Origin: Vulcanimicrobiales bacterium
GTDB taxonomy: Bacteria > Vulcanimicrobiota > Vulcanimicrobiia > Vulcanimicrobiales > Vulcanimicrobiaceae
Length of the DNA stretch: 64,000 nucleotides
Assembly: GCA_038215615.1 (NCBI GenBank)
Contig: JBBQQR010000005.1
Span: 32,001-96,000 of the forward strand
Reading direction: 5' to 3'
Positions 59,269 through 64,000 of the stretch are shown in pieces. Below the pieces are notes generated by a model. It saw only the letters and a program-made list of their open reading frames with translations. It searched no databases and was not told where the DNA came from. Position numbers and translations under genes: made by a program. Each line of letters starts with the position of its first letter. Positions within the stretch are counted from its first letter, which is position 1.

Positions 59269-60783
59269 CTAATGCAAAAAATAGCGGTGGCTGGAAAAGA
59301 CGAGCGCGACGCCGGCGCGATCGGCGGCCGCAATCACTTCGGAGTCGCGAATCGAACCGCCCGGCGCGATGATCGCCGTGCAGCCGGCTTCGGCCGCCGC
59401 TTCGAGACCATCGGCGAACGGGAAAAATCCGTCGCTGGCGCAGGCGGCGCCGCGCGCGCGTTCGCCGGCGCGCATTCCTGCGATCTGCACCGCGCTCACA
59501 CGATTGGTTTGACCGGCACAAATGCCGCGCGTGACGCCATCCTTCACGATGACAACGCCGTTGCTCTTGACATGACGCACGACGTCCCAGGCGAACGCCA
59601 AATCGTGCCATTCTTGTTCGCGCGGACGGCGCGTGCTGACCACTTTCCACGACTCGGGCGCAAACGCGGGATCTTCCTGTTCGGCGAGCACGCCGCCGAG
59701 CGCACTGCGCAACTGCGGTCCGCGCTGCAACGCATCGGGCACCTCCGGCGCATAACGCATGATGCGCAGGTTCTTCTTTTTTTTCAGCAGCTCCAGCGCA
59801 TCGGGAGCGAAATCCGGACCCGCAACGATCTCCAGAAAAAACGGCGCGATCGTTTTTGCGGCAGCTGCATCGATCGCGCGATCCGCAGCCAGGATTCCGC
59901 CGTATGCGGAGACCGGATCGGCCGCCAGCGCTTCTCCGACGGCCTTGTCGACGCTCGAACGCTGCGCCACGCCGCAGGGCACGGTATGCTTGACGATCGC
60001 GGCGCGCGCGAAGCGCTCGCGCTCCGAACCGAACTCCGCGCCGAGCGGCGCGCGCGAAAGCAGCCGCAGCGTCGCATCGAGGTCGAGCAGATTATTATAG
60101 CTCAGCGCTTTGCCGTGCAGCTGTTCGGGAACGCGCGAAGATTCCAGATAAAATGCGGCGCGCAGCTGCGGATTCTCACCGTAGCGAAGCTGCTGCGCGA
60201 GCGGCATGGCCACAGTCAGCGCTCCGGGTAGTTCCGCGTGCGACGATCCAGTCTGCCCTCCCAGCTGACGCGCGATAGCCCCATCGTACGCTGCCGTGAT
60301 CTCAAACGCGCGCACCGCCCACCGTTTGCGCGCGGCTTTATCGGGCCCGCCGTTCTGCAGCTTGGCGAGGAATTCGGAGTACTGCGACGGGTCGCTCAGC
60401 ACGGTGACGTGCGCGTAATTCTTGGCGGCGGCCCGCAAAAGCGCGACCCCGCCGATGTCGATCTCCGGAAGCGGATAGAGATTAACGACGATCGTTGAAA
60501 AGGTGTGAATTGCATACGTGCGAGCCTGCGCGAGATGCGAGTCATCATCGCGGTCGAACAGAATCGCGCCGAGAATTTTTGGATGCAGCGTTTTTACGCG
60601 GCCGCTGAAGAGCGGCGGAAAGCCCGTGATTTCCTCGACGTCGCGCGAAGCAACCCCGTCAGCGCTTAGCGCGTCGCGCGTGCCGCCGGTCGCGTAGATT
60701 TCGTGGCCGCGCTCGGCAAGCGCGCGCGCTACTTCGGCGGCGCCGGTGCGGTCGGAAAGCGAGAAGAGCGCAGCTTCAGGCAA
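59269..60783 (-). CDS. purH: Bifunctional AICAR transformylase / IMP cyclohydrolase
   Basis: GRVKTLHP, IDIGG, LRYGENP, LSYNN..D, KH..PCG, HVKSN, ASDGFFPF.D, PGGSIRD. Confidence 0.96.
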   Translation of the reverse strand: MPEAALFSLSDRTGAAEVARALAERGHEIYATGGTRDALSADGVASRDVEEITGFPPLFSGRVKTLHPKILGAILFDRDDDSHLAQARTYAIHTFSTIVVNLYPLPEIDIGGVALLRAAAKNYAHVTVLSDPSQYSEFLAKLQNGGPDKAARKRWAVRAFEITAAYDGAIARQLGGQTGSSHAELPGALTVAMPLAQQLRYGENPQLRAAFYLESSRVPEQLHGKALSYNNLLDLDATLRLLSRAPLGAEFGSERERFARAAIVKHTVPCGVAQRSSVDKAVGEALAADPVSAYGGILAADRAIDAAAAKTIAPFFLEIVAGPDFAPDALELLKKKKNLRIMRYAPEVPDALQRGPQLRSALGGVLAEQEDPAFAPESWKVVSTRRPREQEWHDLAFAWDVVRHVKSNGVVIVKDGVTRGICAGQTNRVSAVQIAGMRAGERARGAACASDGFFPFADGLEAAAEAGCTAIIAPGGSIRDSEVIAAADRAGVALVFSSHRYFLH

Positions 60784-63700
60784 TGGCGGCCTCCGCCGGC
60801 CGCTCCTCTTCGCGCAGTTCCGCCGAAACGATCGAGCTGATTCCCGCTTCGCGCATCGTCACGCCATAGAGCCGGTCGGCAAGTTCCATCGTCTGTTTGT
60901 TATGCGTCACGATGACCATCTGCGACTCCGACGCGAGTTCGCGCACCATCTTTGAGAAACGTTCGACGTTCGCGTCATCCAATGCGGCATCGACTTCGTC
61001 GAGCAGATAGAACGGCGACGGCCGCACTTTGATGAGCGCGAAGATGAGCGCCGCGGCGGTGAGCGCGCGTTCCCCGCCCGAAAGCGCGGCCAGCGGCATC
61101 AGTTTTTTGCCCGGCGGCTGCACGGAAATTTCGATGCCCGTCTCCGAAAGGTTCTCCGGATTGGTCTGCCACATGCGCGCTTCGCCACCGCCGATGAGCC
61201 GCGCGTACATTTCGGTGAACGCGGCCGCGACCAGTTCGAACGTTTCGTTGAACTGCGCCTGCGTCAGCTGCTCGATCTCGGAAATCGACTGGAGCAGCGT
61301 CTCGCGCGCTTTCGCTAAGTCGTCCATCTGCGCGCGCAGGAACTGCTCGCGCTGCGCCAGCTCTTCGCGGTCGGCCTCGGCGTTGAGATTCACGTTGGAG
61401 AGACGCGCCAAATCTTCGCGCAGCCGCGGAAGATCGACGGCGATTTCGTCGGGCTCTTCTTTGTACCGCTCTTCGACTTCGCGGCACTCTTCGTCGGTCG
61501 CGGGATTTTGCGCGAACTGCGAGACGAGCATGCCCAGCTCGGCTTCGATTTCCGCCAAGCGCGTGCGGTGCTGTTCGCCGCCCGCAGCGATATCGCGTTC
61601 TTCGAGTTCCGCCGTGCGCAGGTCCGATTCCAACTGGGTCACGCGATTCGACATCGTTTCGCGGTCGCGCCGCGCCGCTTCGAAGGCCGCATCGGTTTCG
61701 CCAACCGCGGCCCGCAGCGTTTCCAATTGCGCCGCCGCGTTTTGCACTTGATCGTTCAGGCTCGCGATGTCCGCGTGCATCTGATCGCGAGCGGTACGCG
61801 AGCGCTCGACGTTCGCATCGATGATGCCCAGGCGCGCTTTGGCGGCATCGCGTTCGGCGCCCAGCGCCGCGTGACGTTCGCGCAGATCGCCGGCCGCGCC
61901 CGCGGCGCGTGCCTGCGATTCCTCCGCCTGTGAAATCCGCTCGCGCGCTTCGCGCAGACGGCCTTCTAAGCGCGCGCGTTCGGCGTCGTCGCTTTCCTCC
62001 GGCGCCTTCTCGAAATCGCGTTCGCGCGTGCGCGCGCTGTTCGCCGCCAACTGCATCTGCGCGATGCGCGCCTGCGCGGCTTCGAATTCCTTTTGCATGC
62101 GCTCGACTTCGGCTGCCGCCGACGCCATCTCGCCGCGCACTTCGGCCAGCGACAACTCGGTCCGCGTGAAGAACTCGCGCGTGGTATCGCGCCCTTCGAT
62201 CGCCTTGACCGAGTGGTTGGCGGCGCGCTCGAGCTGTGCCTCGACTTCGAGCAGATGCGCGCGCATCTCGTTCAGCCGTTCGCGCAGCGTCTGCGCCTGC
62301 GCGCGCCGCGACAGAATCGAACGCTCGCGTTTGTAGCGGCCGCCGGTAATCGCGCCGCCGCCCGCAATCTGCTCCCCCGAAAGGGTGACGATGGTATCGC
62401 GGAAGCCGCGGTTGCGCACCAGATCGATGCCCGTTTTGAGCGTATCCACCACGAGCACGCTTCCCACCAGGTAGCGCACGATGCTTTCGTATTTGGCCTG
62501 CGTACGGACCAGGGTGTGCGCGTAGCCGATGATGCCCGGTGCGCCGCGCAAATCGGCGCCCACTTCGCGACCCGTGCGGCTCTGCAGCGTGTCGAGTGGA
62601 AGAAACGTCGCGCGGCCGACTTCCTTGACGTTGAGGAAATCGATGGCGCGCTCGGCGTCTTCGGATGTCTGCATAATGATGTTGGAGAGCCGAGCGCCAA
62701 ATGCCACGTCCATCGCGCGCGCGTAGCGTTCATCGATCTCGATGACGTTGCTGACGACGCCTTCGATGCCGCGCAGTTCGCCGCGCTGCCAGGCCTCAAC
62801 GACGGCGCGCGTGCCGGGCACGTGCCCTTCCATCGCGTTTTCGAGCTCTTCAATTGTATGCAGGCGAGATTGCGCGGCCGCGACCTCGCTGGAGTACTCG
62901 CGATGCTCGGTCTGCGCGCGGGTTAAATCAGTTTGCGCCGCGACCGCCAACTTTTCGGCGTCTTCGATGCGCCCGCGCGCGTCGACGAGTTGCGTTTCGA
63001 GCACGCTCAGCCGCGCCTCGCGCTGGCCGTACCGGTGCGTAGCTCCCCCGGCGGCGATTTGTAACTTCTCGGACGCGTCGTGCGCCGCGCGCAGCTCGTT
63101 TTCGAGCCGTTCGCTTTCGGCGCGCGCGCTTTGGTATTGCGCGCGGCGTTCGGCTTTGCGCTCCGCGCTCGCGGAAGCCGCCGCCTCGACTTCGCGCAGC
63201 TTCGTGAAAATCTCGTCGAGCTCGCCGCGCGCTTGCGAAAGTGCGGTTTGCGCTGCCAGTTCGCTCTCGCGGGCCCCTTCGAGCTCGGTCTGCAGCGGTC
63301 CAATCCGCGCATCCAAACTCGCGAGGGTGGCTTCGAGCCCTTCGCGTTCTTCGCGCACGCGCGCCGCGTCTTCGGACGTTTGCGTATCTTGCGCTTGCAG
63401 TGCCTCGCGCCGCGCCTGCGCCGCGGCATACTCCGCCTCCAAACGCGAAAGATCCGCGCGCACGGTTTGCGTTTTTGTGCGCAAGTCTTCGAGTGTCAGC
63501 TCTTGGCGGTATGCGGCCGTGCGGGCTTGCGCGAGCTGGGCTCCCAGCGACGCCGCTTTGGCTGCGCCGGCCCCGCGCAGCTCTTCGTTGCGCTCGAGTT
63601 CGCCCTTGAGATGCTCGCGCTCCGCGCGGCGCGACACGCTCGCGCGGATGTAGGAGAGAATTTCGAGGTCGCGTACGCGAGCGCTCAGCTTGCGGTAGCG

Positions 63701-64000
63701 TTTGGCACGCCGCACCTGCGTATCGAGCTCGGGAATGCGCCGTTCGAGCTCGACGATCAGATCGTTGATGCGGATTGCGTTCTGTTCGGTTTGTTCGAGT
63801 CTGCGCAGCGACTCGTTCTTGCGCGCCAAAAATTTCGCGATGCCGGCAGTTTCCTCAAAGAGCGCGCGACGGTCGCTGGGTTTACTGGTAAGGATCGCGT
63901 CGATCTGCCCCTGCGAAACGATCGAGTAGCTTCCCGGCCCCAGCCCGGTGCCCATCAGCAGATCGTGCACGTCGCGCAACCGCACCTGATTGCGGTTGAT
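60776..64000 (-). CDS. smc: Chromosome segregation protein SMC (5' end beyond window)
   Basis: SIVSQG.I, FEE.AGI, hinge GRATFLPL and G.ITGG, LSGGE, PFYLLDEVDAALD, long coiled coils. Confidence 0.97.
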   Translation of the reverse strand: MNRNQVRLRDVHDLLMGTGLGPGSYSIVSQGQIDAILTSKPSDRRALFEETAGIAKFLARKNESLRRLEQTEQNAIRINDLIVELERRIPELDTQVRRAKRYRKLSARVRDLEILSYIRASVSRRAEREHLKGELERNEELRGAGAAKAASLGAQLAQARTAAYRQELTLEDLRTKTQTVRADLSRLEAEYAAAQARREALQAQDTQTSEDAARVREEREGLEATLASLDARIGPLQTELEGARESELAAQTALSQARGELDEIFTKLREVEAAASASAERKAERRAQYQSARAESERLENELRAAHDASEKLQIAAGGATHRYGQREARLSVLETQLVDARGRIEDAEKLAVAAQTDLTRAQTEHREYSSEVAAAQSRLHTIEELENAMEGHVPGTRAVVEAWQRGELRGIEGVVSNVIEIDERYARAMDVAFGARLSNIIMQTSEDAERAIDFLNVKEVGRATFLPLDTLQSRTGREVGADLRGAPGIIGYAHTLVRTQAKYESIVRYLVGSVLVVDTLKTGIDLVRNRGFRDTIVTLSGEQIAGGGAITGGRYKRERSILSRRAQAQTLRERLNEMRAHLLEVEAQLERAANHSVKAIEGRDTTREFFTRTELSLAEVRGEMASAAAEVERMQKEFEAAQARIAQMQLAANSARTRERDFEKAPEESDDAERARLEGRLREARERISQAEESQARAAGAAGDLRERHAALGAERDAAKARLGIIDANVERSRTARDQMHADIASLNDQVQNAAAQLETLRAAVGETDAAFEAARRDRETMSNRVTQLESDLRTAELEERDIAAGGEQHRTRLAEIEAELGMLVSQFAQNPATDEECREVEERYKEEPDEIAVDLPRLREDLARLSNVNLNAEADREELAQREQFLRAQMDDLAKARETLLQSISEIEQLTQAQFNETFELVAAAFTEMYARLIGGGEARMWQTNPENLSETGIEISVQPPGKKLMPLAALSGGERALTAAALIFALIKVRPSPFYLLDEVDAALDDANVERFSKMVRELASESQMVIVTHNKQTMELADRLYGVTMREAGISSIVSAELREEERPAEAAIA

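Overview
This GC-rich, gene-dense window is mostly core bacterial chromosome. The gene order is Firmicute-like (rpiB-glyA-upp-dCMP deaminase-wecA-wecB-atp operon-murA-mreB; rarA-iscS...alaS; hisS...aspS), yet LPS/heptose and LptA-like genes are present. That points to a diderm Terrabacteria lineage, plausibly Vulcanimicrobiota/Eremiobacterota (inference only). Contents from left to right: small accessory genes; tRNA-Leu(CAG); an MFS transporter; an NHEJ set (Ku plus LigD split into two genes) around an M28 peptidase; YyaL; two GT-C-like membrane proteins; alaS; a ytxG/ytxH-rsbV-rsbW-sigB stress cassette; iscS; rarA; two LptA paralogues; tsaC; mreB; murA; an F1Fo operon with two b-type subunits; wecB/wecA; upp; glyA; rpiB; a 6S RNA; a + strand run (HEXXH protease, 57-aa hyper-acidic peptide, dipeptide epimerase, DUF1611, peptide-binding protein, C39-like peptidase, trmL, family-5 UDG); aspS; an LPS core cluster; accB; hisS; a frameshifted permease; a glyoxalase; purH; and partial smc. 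I saw no integrase, transposase, prophage or CRISPR array. The best leads are the protease/acidic-peptide pair and its epimerase operon, an orphan + strand terminator implying an unannotated sRNA at about 20.1 kb, a structured element of about 157 nt at 46.2 kb, a REP-like unit translated inside AtpD, and genes lacking canonical starts. All calls are by eye from motifs, with no searches run.
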